Shown piece by piece: positions 1 to 8,574 of a DNA stretch of 52,142 nucleotides. Made by a program: the position numbers and the translations under genes. Where the stretch lies: positions 1-52,142 of IMG/VR virus record IMGVR_UViG_3300042197_000494, one strand, 5' to 3'. The DNA is from a virus. Taxonomy: Duplodnaviria > Caudoviricetes. The notes beneath the pieces were generated by a model. The model worked only from the letters and a program-made list of their open reading frames with translations. It made no database searches and had not been told where the DNA came from. Positions within the stretch are counted from its first letter, which is position 1. The number at the start of each line of letters is the position of its first letter.

Positions 1-632
1 ACCACGCAAGCATCTATTCCACCCTTCGCAAAATACTTAGTCTTTGGACATAGATACTCTAGTCTAACTACTGCGCCATATCTAGTAAATCCTCTAAGAG
101 TGCTGTGATGGTCTTCTCCTGTATTGGTCATTCTTCTGTTGGGGTCTGTGAATATCCAGTCTTTGGCGTAAGATCCCATAAAGTTGGCACAAATATATCT
201 TAATCCTACGGAAATATGATTCTTGAGAAAGAAATGGTTCATGGTTGGGTTGATACCCCATTGCCTCGCTTGTTGGGCTTCTGCTACGGAAAATCCTACT
301 TCTGCTATTTCGTCCAATTGGTACCGTGTTGGTACCAGTTTCTTGTCTCCTAATTCTAGTAAATCTGCTAGGTCATCGTCAATACTGATTAATCTTTCAT
401 TTTCTGGAAACCAGTTGTGGTAAAACTTACGCTGACTAGAAATACCACGAACACCTACGATAATTTGATACTCGTCTTTTAATACAGAACTGTAAAGTTC
501 TTTCTGTTGTTCGTTGGCGACAAAGACATGTATCTTGCTTTTATCTACTTTAAGTCTTTCTAATGTGGCTAGGGTTTGATCTCGGCAAATCTCTGCTCTT
601 TGATAAGAAGGGATTACAACTTGATATTTCAA
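1..632 (-). CDS. TET-associated glycosyltransferase (TAGT/GREB1-like GT-A fold), 3'-truncated by window edge
   Basis: Not in ORF track. Manual translation from TTG at 632 (overlaps TET stop): MKYQVVIPSYQRAEICRDQTL...RLISIDDDL...QWGINP...GEDHHSTLRGF, open to position 1. IPSYxR and DDD motifs. Confidence 0.8.
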   Translation of the reverse strand, partial: MKYQVVIPSYQRAEICRDQTLATLERLKVDKSKIHVFVANEQQKELYSSVLKDEYQIIVGVRGISSQRKFYHNWFPENERLISIDDDLADLLELGDKKLVPTRYQLDEIAEVGFSVAEAQQARQWGINPTMNHFFLKNHISVGLRYICANFMGSYAKDWIFTDPNRRMTNTGEDHHSTLRGFTRYGAVVRLEYLCPKTKYFAKGGIDACV

Positions 633-1498
633 CGCCCTACCTTAAATTCAGTTTCACCTTTTAAGGCAGAAGCCAATCCTACTTCTCGCTGAGTTCTTCG
701 CTTTCTTGCTTCTTTCTGTTCGACCGCAAATGAAAAACAATCTTTCATGCCCCTTAAACAATAATAAACAACAGTGTATCGGTATGAATCTTTCTGAACA
801 TGGGCAATCGGTGTTACGCCATGAAGATATCTGTATCCTGGCCAAAATACTACCCAACCATCTCGGCAGTCTAATACCATATCGTATTCGGGTAAACTTA
901 AATAGCCACCTCTAGTTCCTCTTCTAATAATTGGCATGGCAGACCACATATCAAAATTGTTTCCGTCAAAATGATATGGCAGTGTTGAAGTTTTATTGAT
1001 AACTCCACTGGTCCACAAACTGCGTTCGCTTAATCTCCACTCATCTGCTACTCCTGCGGTCTCAACAGTATCTGCTGCGTAAGCATCTGGAACTATTTCC
1101 CTAATAATATCGGCTAATACATCTGCTGTTTTAGTTAATACATCGTGTTCTTCTGGTTGATCGTAAGATAAAGCAGTAGGACGACATGCTTCTCTTGTTT
1201 GAAAAGGTTTTCTTGGTGCCATGCCGAAAGTTCGAGAGTGATTTTCTACACCAGTTGATTGTCTTGTAACACCTGAAGAAGAATACTTTATTGAGCGAAC
1301 AGCCTTTCTTAATTCAGGCACAACTTCTTTAGGAAGAGGCATGTAAACTAAAAATGGCTCGTTAGATTCAGAGTCCACAAAAATACCTGCACTTTTTACA
1401 TTTGCTTCCATTTCTGGAACATCAATACCTTTTAACTCTTTTGTTTTTTTTCTGTCAATAACTCTTTTAACTGGAATAACTTCTAGGTCTTCAATCAC
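629..1498 (-). CDS. TET/JBP-family 2OG-Fe(II) dioxygenase (5-methylpyrimidine oxygenase)
   Basis: HxD (YHFDGNN), distal His (LHGVTP), Arg motif (RYTVVYY); lies between ParB-like and glycosyltransferase genes. Confidence 0.8.
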   Translation of the reverse strand: MIEDLEVIPVKRVIDRKKTKELKGIDVPEMEANVKSAGIFVDSESNEPFLVYMPLPKEVVPELRKAVRSIKYSSSGVTRQSTGVENHSRTFGMAPRKPFQTREACRPTALSYDQPEEHDVLTKTADVLADIIREIVPDAYAADTVETAGVADEWRLSERSLWTSGVINKTSTLPYHFDGNNFDMWSAMPIIRRGTRGGYLSLPEYDMVLDCRDGWVVFWPGYRYLHGVTPIAHVQKDSYRYTVVYYCLRGMKDCFSFAVEQKEARKRRTQREVGLASALKGETEFKVGR

Positions 1499-2162
1499 TT
1501 GGTGCCTCTGTTCCTGTTACCTCTGCGATAGCACGCAAAATTGCGTCTCCGTTACTATCCACATTGTACTTCACTCTTAGTTCGGTAAGTCTGTCCTGAA
1601 CCCAAATATATTGATCGTTGGGAAACTCACACATAAGTAATCTGACTGTTCTTTCAGCGTAGTGGGAGGCTCTTTCAGACATAGTAGGTCTTCTATTGAT
1701 TCCTTCTTGAGATAATTGACCTCCACCAGCAACACCATCGACCATACTTCCAGTTTCTTCATACAGTGGGGTGTTGGACTGTTCTTCTATTAGTGCTATT
1801 AAATCATCAATATCTTGGCTGTCATAACCAGTGCCTTCTAAACTGATATCTTGAAGTAAGTCTAATAATTCTTGTTCATCATAAGTTCCTAGTTCGCCCA
1901 AACGATTGTCGGTGGCTACTATTTTCTTTGCTTGGGTAGCATTTACATCTACTTCTACTATGTCAATTCTTGTCCAACCGCTTTCTTTTGCTGCTTGCCA
2001 TAGATGATTACCAGCCAAAATATATCTAGTTGATGCTTGTATGACGATAGGTTTGTATTGACCATTAGTCGCTAAAGATTCTTTTAACTTACTGATATTG
2101 CCTCTTCTTGGGTTGTTGGGAAAAGGTAAAAGACTATCTATTTCCGCACTGATAATTTCCAT
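1491..2162 (-). CDS. ParB/Srx-like N-terminal domain protein
   Basis: L.P.PNNPR...SL..NGQYKPIVI...ILAGNH.W.AAK...DNR pattern. Confidence 0.85.
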   Translation of the reverse strand: MEIISAEIDSLLPFPNNPRRGNISKLKESLATNGQYKPIVIQASTRYILAGNHLWQAAKESGWTRIDIVEVDVNATQAKKIVATDNRLGELGTYDEQELLDLLQDISLEGTGYDSQDIDDLIALIEEQSNTPLYEETGSMVDGVAGGGQLSQEGINRRPTMSERASHYAERTVRLLMCEFPNDQYIWVQDRLTELRVKYNVDSNGDAILRAIAEVTGTEAPSD

Positions 2163-2177
2163 TATTCTGTCCTTTCG

Positions 2178-2351
2178 TTAAAAGGGAGCATACCCTTTCT
2201 TCTTGGCTCTTTCAAATAATAGCCATAAAGAACCAACACCATAAGGATTTTCGCATTCTATCTTTTTATACTTGATTGAAAACTCTTCATCGGTTGCATT
2301 TTCTAAAAAATCATTTATATCTTGAAACTTTCTTCTTTGGCCTTTTTTCAT
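2178..2351 (-). CDS. small hypothetical protein (57 aa)
   Basis: Manual ORF MKKGQRRKF...GYAPF with GAAGGG RBS. Confidence 0.55.
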   Translation of the reverse strand: MKKGQRRKFQDINDFLENATDEEFSIKYKKIECENPYGVGSLWLLFERAKKKGYAPF

Positions 2352-2371
2352 AATTATCCCTTCTTTCTAGG

Positions 2372-2524
2372 GTGAGAGCCTATCCTGTTGGAAGGGTAAT
2401 AACAACGCAGATAGACTCTCACATCTATAGAGTGATAATAGATAAGTATGTTGTACCACGAACATACACTTACCTATCGGGTTAAGTAGTCGGACGGAAG
2501 GAACAACTACCACTCGCATAACCC
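2372..2524 (-). ncRNA. three-hairpin structured RNA with anti-Shine-Dalgarno loops (candidate sRNA)
   Basis: Stems at 2372-2422, 2438-2477, 2479-2524; each has a mismatch that is a G-U pair only on the minus strand; loops UUAUUACCCUUC and UUCCUUCCGUC. Confidence 0.5.
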
Positions 2525-2528
2525 AATT

Positions 2529-2717
2529 CTATAAACACTCAGAGCAATAATTCATAACCCTGATGTTCTTGCTTGTTAATGAAAACCATTTTCCGCAATG
2601 GCTACACTGGACTTTTAACATTTTTTGGTCACTATATCCTCTTTTTTCAAGAGCATCAATCTTCTTGCCAATAGAAATAATTTTTTCACCAAGGGAAGTC
2701 ACTGTCTGTTCCTTCAT
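2529..2717 (-). CDS. small zinc-ribbon protein (start uncertain)
   Basis: CSHC...CSEC at C-terminus. Confidence 0.45.
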   Translation of the reverse strand: MKEQTVTSLGEKIISIGKKIDALEKRGYSDQKMLKVQCSHCGKWFSLTSKNIRVMNYCSECL

Positions 2718-3081
2718 TTTCTTTAATTGGTGTATTTTGTGGCTCGGCAATGTATTTCGGTATTACTCCAACAAAGTCAGAGTTGATTTCTAAACTTTTT
2801 TTCTCTTCTCCGTCTTTGGCTATGTAGGTATTTATTTGAAATCTACCTTGAACTATTACCTTGTCGCCTTTTTTCAAAGCATTGGCTGCTCCTGCTGCTT
2901 CGGCATTCCAAACAAAAACACGATACCAAGTTGTCTCTTGCTCAGTCCATGTTCCATTAATGTTTTTTCTAGGTGTATTAGCAACATTGAAAGATGTCAC
3001 GGATACTCCTTTGGGTGTTTTTCTAAACTCGGCATCAGAGCCTAAGTTTCCTATCACTGTAATTACTGGTTCACCAGCCAT
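2686..3081 (-). CDS. ssb: single-stranded DNA-binding protein
   Basis: ITVIGNLGSDAEFR...GDKVIVQGRF OB fold, acidic tail DSDFPW. Confidence 0.95.
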   Translation of the reverse strand: MAGEPVITVIGNLGSDAEFRKTPKGVSVTSFNVANTPRKNINGTWTEQETTWYRVFVWNAEAAGAANALKKGDKVIVQGRFQINTYIAKDGEEKKSLEINSDFVGVIPKYIAEPQNTPIKENEGTDSDFPW

Positions 3082-3430
3082 TTTGATTCCCTTCTAGATA
3101 TCGATAACTTCCGTCATCTGTAAGTAGAACAATAGCACCACTAGGCAAAATCAATGGTGTTTCTTCTGGTTCTTGCCAAGTCGCAACCATTAGCCCTGCT
3201 TGGTTAGATGCGGAAGGGTTCATGTGTACACTATCTGTGCCCATATTGTGGCATTCATGGTGTAGTGCCACAAAGTTAGAACAGGTATCTTTACCACCTC
3301 TAGATCGTAGTTTTCTATGATGTAAAGCCCATGAGCCACCAAGTGGTTTACCGCATTTTTCGCAGTAGTTTTTACATCTAACTCCTACCATCTCTCTGAT
3401 TTCAGTCAAATCTGTTTTACCCTTACTCAA
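3071..3430 (-). CDS. HNH endonuclease
   Basis: CEKCG...HHRKLRSRGG...NFVALHHECH. Confidence 0.85.
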   Translation of the reverse strand: MSKGKTDLTEIREMVGVRCKNYCEKCGKPLGGSWALHHRKLRSRGGKDTCSNFVALHHECHNMGTDSVHMNPSASNQAGLMVATWQEPEETPLILPSGAIVLLTDDGSYRYLEGNQNGW

Positions 3431-3806
3431 GTATTTGCTCTATTCCTATCCAGACTCCTTGATTTATCCCATAAGTTTTAGTTGCTTGTATGAGAATAAC
3501 CTGAGAGTCGTCTTCGTATGCTACACCAGTCAGTCCGTCTAAAACTGCTCTGATTAGTTTGTCTAGGTCAGGCTTTACTGCGGGGAATGCTCTTTTTGCT
3601 GATTTTGGTTTGAGCATAATGAAATCTAATTCTACTTTGACTGCACTTGCAACAGGTTTGAAACCAAATAGTTCTGCGTTTCTTGCTATGTCAGCACGCC
3701 AAACGGCCAAGTCTTGAGAACGAGAATGAATCATAACTCCGGGTCTAATAAACTTCATAGAACCTTGAGGTACTGGTCTTCCTTTAACAAAAAACGAATC
3801 TTTCAA
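3423..3806 (-). CDS. rusA: RusA-family Holliday junction resolvase
   Basis: G.PVPQGS, KPDLDKLIRAVLDGL, DDSQV. Confidence 0.92.
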   Translation of the reverse strand: MKDSFFVKGRPVPQGSMKFIRPGVMIHSRSQDLAVWRADIARNAELFGFKPVASAVKVELDFIMLKPKSAKRAFPAVKPDLDKLIRAVLDGLTGVAYEDDSQVILIQATKTYGINQGVWIGIEQILE

Positions 3807-4270
3807 TACCAGTTCCTATCTTGATGAAATGCCCAAGCCTCACATGGTGAACCATAGCGGACTTTAATATAGTTCAGCCCCCAAGTTATTTGAGTTACTG
3901 GACTATCTAGAAATTCAGCAATTTCCTGTTCGGTATTTTGGCTCATGTGCCTTTGGGGTATGCCGTAATCTTGGGTGGGGGACTTCGCCTCATAATTCCA
4001 AGCAGATTCTTTACCCCATAATTTACCTAAGCATTTCCATTGCTCTTGATTCCAGTTATATTGTTTCTCTGCAATATTGCGGGCAAAACTCTTTGGGTCG
4101 GTAAATTCTTTGTCTTGTGCCCAAACGCTTTGCCCAACTGGGGCATGGACATGGGTTAAAGGGCTTGCAAAGGTCATTATGGCGGTCAAATATCCGCCAA
4201 GGTAAAACTTTAACCGCTTTATTTTCTTTCCGTTCTGAGGGGCTTTTAAGCCCTTTTGTTTCCTATTCAT
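3803..4270 (-). CDS. lytic transglycosylase (SLT-like, actinobacterial type)
   Basis: CL..LWGKESAWN...YGIPQ...QI.WGLNYIK.RYGSPC.AW; N-terminal hydrophobic segment. Confidence 0.8.
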   Translation of the reverse strand: MNRKQKGLKAPQNGKKIKRLKFYLGGYLTAIMTFASPLTHVHAPVGQSVWAQDKEFTDPKSFARNIAEKQYNWNQEQWKCLGKLWGKESAWNYEAKSPTQDYGIPQRHMSQNTEQEIAEFLDSPVTQITWGLNYIKVRYGSPCEAWAFHQDRNWY

Positions 4271-4281
4271 TTGCCCTCCTT

Positions 4282-4590
4282 TTATAGAATGCGAGTCTTA
4301 GAACTCTCTTCTAATTCGTAGGCTTTGATTCGGGTATGTTTTCCACGAGCACGGAGTCGCTCGTAATATTCCTCACTAGTGGCGGAACTCTTCCATATAT
4401 GCCACCTTTCATAGTCGCAGTTTGCACATGGAACTACGGCTTCTTTCTGGGTCTTGTCAATGCTATCATTTTCAGAGCATTGGACACCATGTCCATCAAC
4501 CCAATATTGCACAAATATCCAGCCTGCCTCACAACCATCTGTATGCGTGCAGATGCAAGAAGGCTTACCGCAATGTTTACCCTTCCTCAT
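4282..4590 (-). CDS. hypothetical Cys/His-rich protein
   Basis: ORF in operon; HCGKPSCICTH...C..C. Confidence 0.6.
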   Translation of the reverse strand: MRKGKHCGKPSCICTHTDGCEAGWIFVQYWVDGHGVQCSENDSIDKTQKEAVVPCANCDYERWHIWKSSATSEEYYERLRARGKHTRIKAYELEESSKTRIL

Positions 4591-4592
4591 TT

Positions 4593-4784
4593 TTACCTCT
4601 TTCTTCTCCAGCCAGTCAAGTCTGGAACTTTTATTCTATGAACTTCTGCCATGTGTGCCGAAAAGGGAATTGTTGGGTCAAATAACAGCCCTGCTCCAAC
4701 TTCCCAAATCACGATAAATCCTTCACAGAAAGGGCAAGACATAGATTCCCAACCCTCGCCAATTTCTTTATCGCCAATAAACAT
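4593..4784 (-). CDS. hypothetical protein
   Basis: ORF tightly packed in operon; CPFC motif. Confidence 0.5.
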   Translation of the reverse strand: MFIGDKEIGEGWESMSCPFCEGFIVIWEVGAGLLFDPTIPFSAHMAEVHRIKVPDLTGWRRKR

Positions 4785-4785
4785 A

Positions 4786-5568
4786 TTAAGCCTTCTGTTC
4801 AGAATACATTCTTTGGGCTACTCTTAAAGCATAACTAGGTAAATCTTTCAGGTCTTTACTTACTGCTTCATCTATTGCTAGTAAAGATATTCTGCCGAAT
4901 CTTTTAGTCATCTGACCAATTCTTGCTGATTCGGCTGTCGTCAGAACTCGTGATTGTAATTCTGATACATACCAAATAGTAAGAGCAATACAACCATTGA
5001 TATCGTTTTCGGCATGAAGTATGTCCCATTGTTCTTCAACCAGTTTGCTCATATTCCAAGCATTGACCCCACCTGCTCTTGCTTGACCAAGTTTCTCAGA
5101 TATTCTTTCAACTGCATTCTTTGCTGAGATATTAGTTGGGGCAAGCACTACCTCCTTAGATATATCTATATCTAAGGATATTGGGTTGGGTTGGGTTGGG
5201 TTGGGTTGGGGGTGGCGTTTCTTTTCCGTTTCTTTAGTTTTTGCTTTTTCACGAAACTTCTTTAGCCGTAATTTAGCCTCGTCCCTTTTCTTGTTTACCT
5301 TTTCTCGAGTTGGTTGATACTCTGTATAAGAGCGGATTAGAAATCCTTTATCTACTCTTTCCCATAAGTTTTGGTCTTCCAACTCATCACTTGGTTTGAA
5401 TGGATTATCCCCTACCAAATTAGAAACAATTTGATAAGGGATTAAACCATCAGTTAGTTGCCTATTTGAATAACACAATCCAGTTATGAATAACCGAAAT
5501 GCAGCATCTGATAATGCGATAACTTTTGGGTGATCTGAAAAGTTATCATCGATTCTTACCCAGCCCAA
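4786..5568 (-). CDS. putative replication initiator / replisome organiser
   Basis: WVRIDDNF.DHPKV..LS..AFRL N-terminus, basic linker, PNPTQ repeat. Confidence 0.7.
   Translation of the reverse strand: MGWVRIDDNFSDHPKVIALSDAAFRLFITGLCYSNRQLTDGLIPYQIVSNLVGDNPFKPSDELEDQNLWERVDKGFLIRSYTEYQPTREKVNKKRDEAKLRLKKFREKAKTKETEKKRHPQPNPTQPNPISLDIDISKEVVLAPTNISAKNAVERISEKLGQARAGGVNAWNMSKLVEEQWDILHAENDINGCIALTIWYVSELQSRVLTTAESARIGQMTKRFGRISLLAIDEAVSKDLKDLPSYALRVAQRMYSEQKA
5181..5212 (+). repeat. (TTGGG)6 tandem repeat, G-quadruplex-capable
   Basis: Direct reading of 5181-5210 plus GG. Confidence 0.9.
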
Positions 5569-5624
5569 AATAAACTCCTTCCGTAGTTAAGTTTCATTAT
5601 GGCTCATAGTTTTAGAAATGCCCT

Positions 5625-6566
5625 TCATTTCTTGACGGTGAGCCGAGTCGATTCTCTGCCAACCTTGTATGGAACATGACCCAAAAGTTTGCGAACTTCT
5701 TCTTCGTCCACACTCTTTCTACCTGCTGTTATGCTCCAATTTATCCTGAGACCATTTTCAGTTATCCCACTAATCCCTTCGAGTAAAGATTTGATAACAT
5801 CTTTCTCTTTTTCTAGATTATTTATTTTCTCATTGATCTCAAGATAATACTCTGCGGCCACCGCTATTTTGACATCTTCAATAATTGCGGTTTCCGCTAC
5901 GGCTTTTGGGCGACCAACACAACCTTTCACGCCACTAGCATCATAGAAAGAACAATAGTTTTTACAGAATACTGCGTCTTTTTCTGCTGGCGGTGGAGTT
6001 TGAGATTGTCTTACTTGCGCTAACCAAGCGAGAGCCTCCTTACATACTTCAATATCAAATGGCTCACTGTGGTAAACAATATCTCTTTCATCTCCATCTC
6101 TGGGTATGCCAACAAGAGTTACTGTTTTTACTTCATATCCAGCACGACTAGCAAGATATCCATATAACTGTACTTGCCAGCGTTGCGATTTAGTAGGGAA
6201 GTATCTACCTAGATTAGATTTGGTACTAGTTTTCCAGTCGATAACTTCATGGTTGATTTTGTCATACATGTCAATATGACCAACCATTTCATCTTCTGGT
6301 GAATCGAACTCTTGTTCTAATAAGAACCTTTCCGCAAATGGGTCTTGTTCATAAAAGATTTTCTGTAAGTAGGAGTGAATACCACTTCCCATAATAGAGG
6401 CTAGAGAAAGAGTATTTTGATTAGTAGTTTCTTGGTTGTTCAACTTATACCAAAGTTTTCTTGAACAACCACCAACCTCGCTAGGTCCAACTATTTTTTG
6501 CTGAGACCTAGCAGATTTGCTGCTTGACTTGGTTATTATATTGATTAGTTCATTGACCTGAGTCAT
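5625..6566 (-). CDS. PD-(D/E)xK Cas4/RecB-like exonuclease
   Basis: GPSEVGGCSRK, G..IH, GHID...VIDWKT, Q.QLY, C..YC.F...C. Confidence 0.85.
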   Translation of the reverse strand: MTQVNELINIITKSSSKSARSQQKIVGPSEVGGCSRKLWYKLNNQETTNQNTLSLASIMGSGIHSYLQKIFYEQDPFAERFLLEQEFDSPEDEMVGHIDMYDKINHEVIDWKTSTKSNLGRYFPTKSQRWQVQLYGYLASRAGYEVKTVTLVGIPRDGDERDIVYHSEPFDIEVCKEALAWLAQVRQSQTPPPAEKDAVFCKNYCSFYDASGVKGCVGRPKAVAETAIIEDVKIAVAAEYYLEINEKINNLEKEKDVIKSLLEGISGITENGLRINWSITAGRKSVDEEEVRKLLGHVPYKVGRESTRLTVKK

Positions 6567-6828
6567 TGATTTTCCCTTCTTTTGTTTGAGCGTAGAGTTT
6601 TTCTATGTAGTGCCTCCAGCAGTTAGTTATTTCTTCCCACATACTTTCGTCACGATCCATGTTTTCAACTATTTCTTGCCATTGTTCGTTTGATATTGGG
6701 AAGTCTTTACCCTCGTTGAGGTTTTCAACAAGGTGTTCTTCTGCTTCTTCTTTTTCAAACATAGCCACGAAAATATGATTATCGTCTGGCAAGTGCTTGA
6801 TCATTTCTTTTAGATAACTAACTTTCAT
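6550..6828 (-). CDS. hypothetical protein
   Basis: ORF with GAAGGGT RBS. Confidence 0.65.
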   Translation of the reverse strand: MKVSYLKEMIKHLPDDNHIFVAMFEKEEAEEHLVENLNEGKDFPISNEQWQEIVENMDRDESMWEEITNCWRHYIEKLYAQTKEGKINDSGQ

Positions 6829-6982
6829 TGATATACCCTTCTCCTATTAGTCCTTCGAAAAAATCCCATATTTTCGTTAGACCTTCTCGAGTTTCTTTAT
6901 CTCCAGCCAAAGAAGCCAGTACGATTGCTTTGGTTAAGGTTTCACCAAACTTCTGGACATCTTTGTATTCATATCCAAGCAT
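6818..6982 (-). CDS. small hypothetical protein (54 aa)
   Basis: Manual ORF MLGYEYKDV...YINES with AGGAG RBS; fills gap between neighbours. Confidence 0.6.
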   Translation of the reverse strand: MLGYEYKDVQKFGETLTKAIVLASLAGDKETREGLTKIWDFFEGLIGEGYINES

Positions 6983-6990
6983 GATAACTC

Positions 6991-7338
6991 CTATACTTCT
7001 AGTGAAGCCCTAACGGAAGTCCCGATAGAGCGAGCGATATCTACTTGAGTTCTTACTCTTTGAGCATTTGCTCTTGCTGCTTTGACCATAGCGTCAGTAA
7101 TTTGCAAGTTATGAAATTCGTCAGCGCATTGCAGAAGTGCTGTGTCTGCCACATCTTGAACACGCATCTTCTGAAAGGAAGTTCCAACTTCAATTCTTGC
7201 TCTTGCTATGGCTAACTCAAATGCGCTCTTCGCTTTATGGTAAGCCAATTCTGCACTTGATAATTCTTCATGCGCTAAGTCAATTTCTTTACTTAACTCA
7301 TAAAGTCTATTTTCTATTCTTACTGGTGTGATTGCCAT
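6991..7338 (-). CDS. helical coiled-coil hypothetical protein
   Basis: Start moved to ATG 7338 (MAITPVRIE) to avoid overlap with upstream gene. Confidence 0.65.
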   Translation of the reverse strand: MAITPVRIENRLYELSKEIDLAHEELSSAELAYHKAKSAFELAIARARIEVGTSFQKMRVQDVADTALLQCADEFHNLQITDAMVKAARANAQRVRTQVDIARSIGTSVRASLEV

Positions 7339-7355
7339 ATCGATATTCACCTCGT

Positions 7356-7832
7356 CTACCAACTTGAGTGGTAAGAAAAACCAAGTTGGTCTAAATCTGG
7401 CAAGTTGAAGATACGGTCTAGTTGGGTAATAGTATCCGTGATAGATTCCCAGTACCATTGATCAATGTCTGTTCCGCCAAAAAAGAAACCCTCTGTCGGT
7501 GGAAGCAGACTAGGATTTTTTTCTTCCAGTGTTTTCTGGCAAAGGGCTTTGAGTTCTTTTAATTTATCGATACCAACATCGTAGTTGCCACAATCGTCAA
7601 CTCCCTTTTGAACATTCTTAACAAACCAACCATGAATCGCATTGGCTTTTCTCCAGTACGCACAAACAACTTCAATCGTTGCTCCATAGATGTCTGTAGC
7701 AACATTGTCCATTTTGCTTGCGGTAGCGACTAAAGCAAATTGTGGATTCACAGCCATTTTGTCTCTACTGGTATGAGCCCAATCTACTTTAGGTATATGT
7801 TTACTTGCTTCTAGATACATGTCTAGTCCCAT
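7356..7832 (-). CDS. conserved phage hypothetical protein (MGLDMYL...YWRKANAIHGWF family)
   Basis: Recognisable motifs MGLDMY, YWRKANAIH.WF, GFFFG, YHSSW. Confidence 0.75.
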   Translation of the reverse strand: MGLDMYLEASKHIPKVDWAHTSRDKMAVNPQFALVATASKMDNVATDIYGATIEVVCAYWRKANAIHGWFVKNVQKGVDDCGNYDVGIDKLKELKALCQKTLEEKNPSLLPPTEGFFFGGTDIDQWYWESITDTITQLDRIFNLPDLDQLGFSYHSSW

Positions 7833-7833
7833 A

Positions 7834-8031
7834 TTATTTTCCCCTTCGGTTGAGTAAGTCGCAAATTACACACGGATTGTCTCCGTAAGTTCTATTGCCG
7901 CACTTACAGTTTTTGATATTTTCTTTTGGTGTTTCTGTTGGTTTGGGTGGTAATGGGTGGGGGTAAGTTAAGAACCACCCATCACGCCAGTGATATTCTT
8001 TAGACATTGCCGAATAAAGTTCCATTAGCAA
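7834..8031 (-). CDS. small zinc-finger hypothetical protein (start possibly 8007)
   Basis: CKCG...CVIC. Confidence 0.55.
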   Translation of the reverse strand: MLMELYSAMSKEYHWRDGWFLTYPHPLPPKPTETPKENIKNCKCGNRTYGDNPCVICDLLNRRGK

Positions 8032-8572
8032 ACGGCTCGTCTATTATCCAGACAATACAATCATTATTGTTTTTATTCTTTCTTGTTTTGCCTGAATCAA
8101 TTAGTAGTCCGTCCAGAACTAATGAACGCCTACTTGCCGAAATGGTTTGGTGGCTACCTTGTAGAAGTGTTTCTAGTTCGTAGTCGGTGTAACCATTTCC
8201 ATTATTAGCAGCAATCTTGTCGTAAACCAATCTGCGAATTGTCCCAGAATACGGCAGTATTTTTTCCGCTGATTTACGACTTGTTGATTTTGCTTTTTTA
8301 CTTATCAAAACTACATTATCGTCAACAGAGCGAATATATTTCCCAGTCTTTTGCGCTGTTTCTATGTAATGATGTCTTGTAAGTATTTCATATACTTCTC
8401 TCCTAGTTTGATGAGGTGCCCACTCACCATTAGGTTTAAGAGTCATAAAATCATATGCAACTGGGTGTGCTTCACAAGCACTAGATTCATAATCACAAAG
8501 CCAAAGTAAGTTTTTACTTGGTCTTGTGATGCGAACCCGACACCAATAGCATTGATCTTCCATTAGTTCCAT
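8000..8572 (-). CDS. hypothetical protein with C-terminal winged-helix-like domain
   Basis: G.TD.EL...L...HQTISASRRSLV..GL..DSG.TR. Confidence 0.6.
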   Translation of the reverse strand: MELMEDQCYWCRVRITRPSKNLLWLCDYESSACEAHPVAYDFMTLKPNGEWAPHQTRREVYEILTRHHYIETAQKTGKYIRSVDDNVVLISKKAKSTSRKSAEKILPYSGTIRRLVYDKIAANNGNGYTDYELETLLQGSHQTISASRRSLVLDGLLIDSGKTRKNKNNNDCIVWIIDEPFANGTLFGNV

Positions 8573-8574
8573 AT

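Noticed and set aside
223-915. Short plus-strand and alternate-frame ORFs over the TET and glycosyltransferase genes
   Set aside because: Shadow ORFs without RBS or recognisable motifs; the same applies to most plus-strand ORFs in the track
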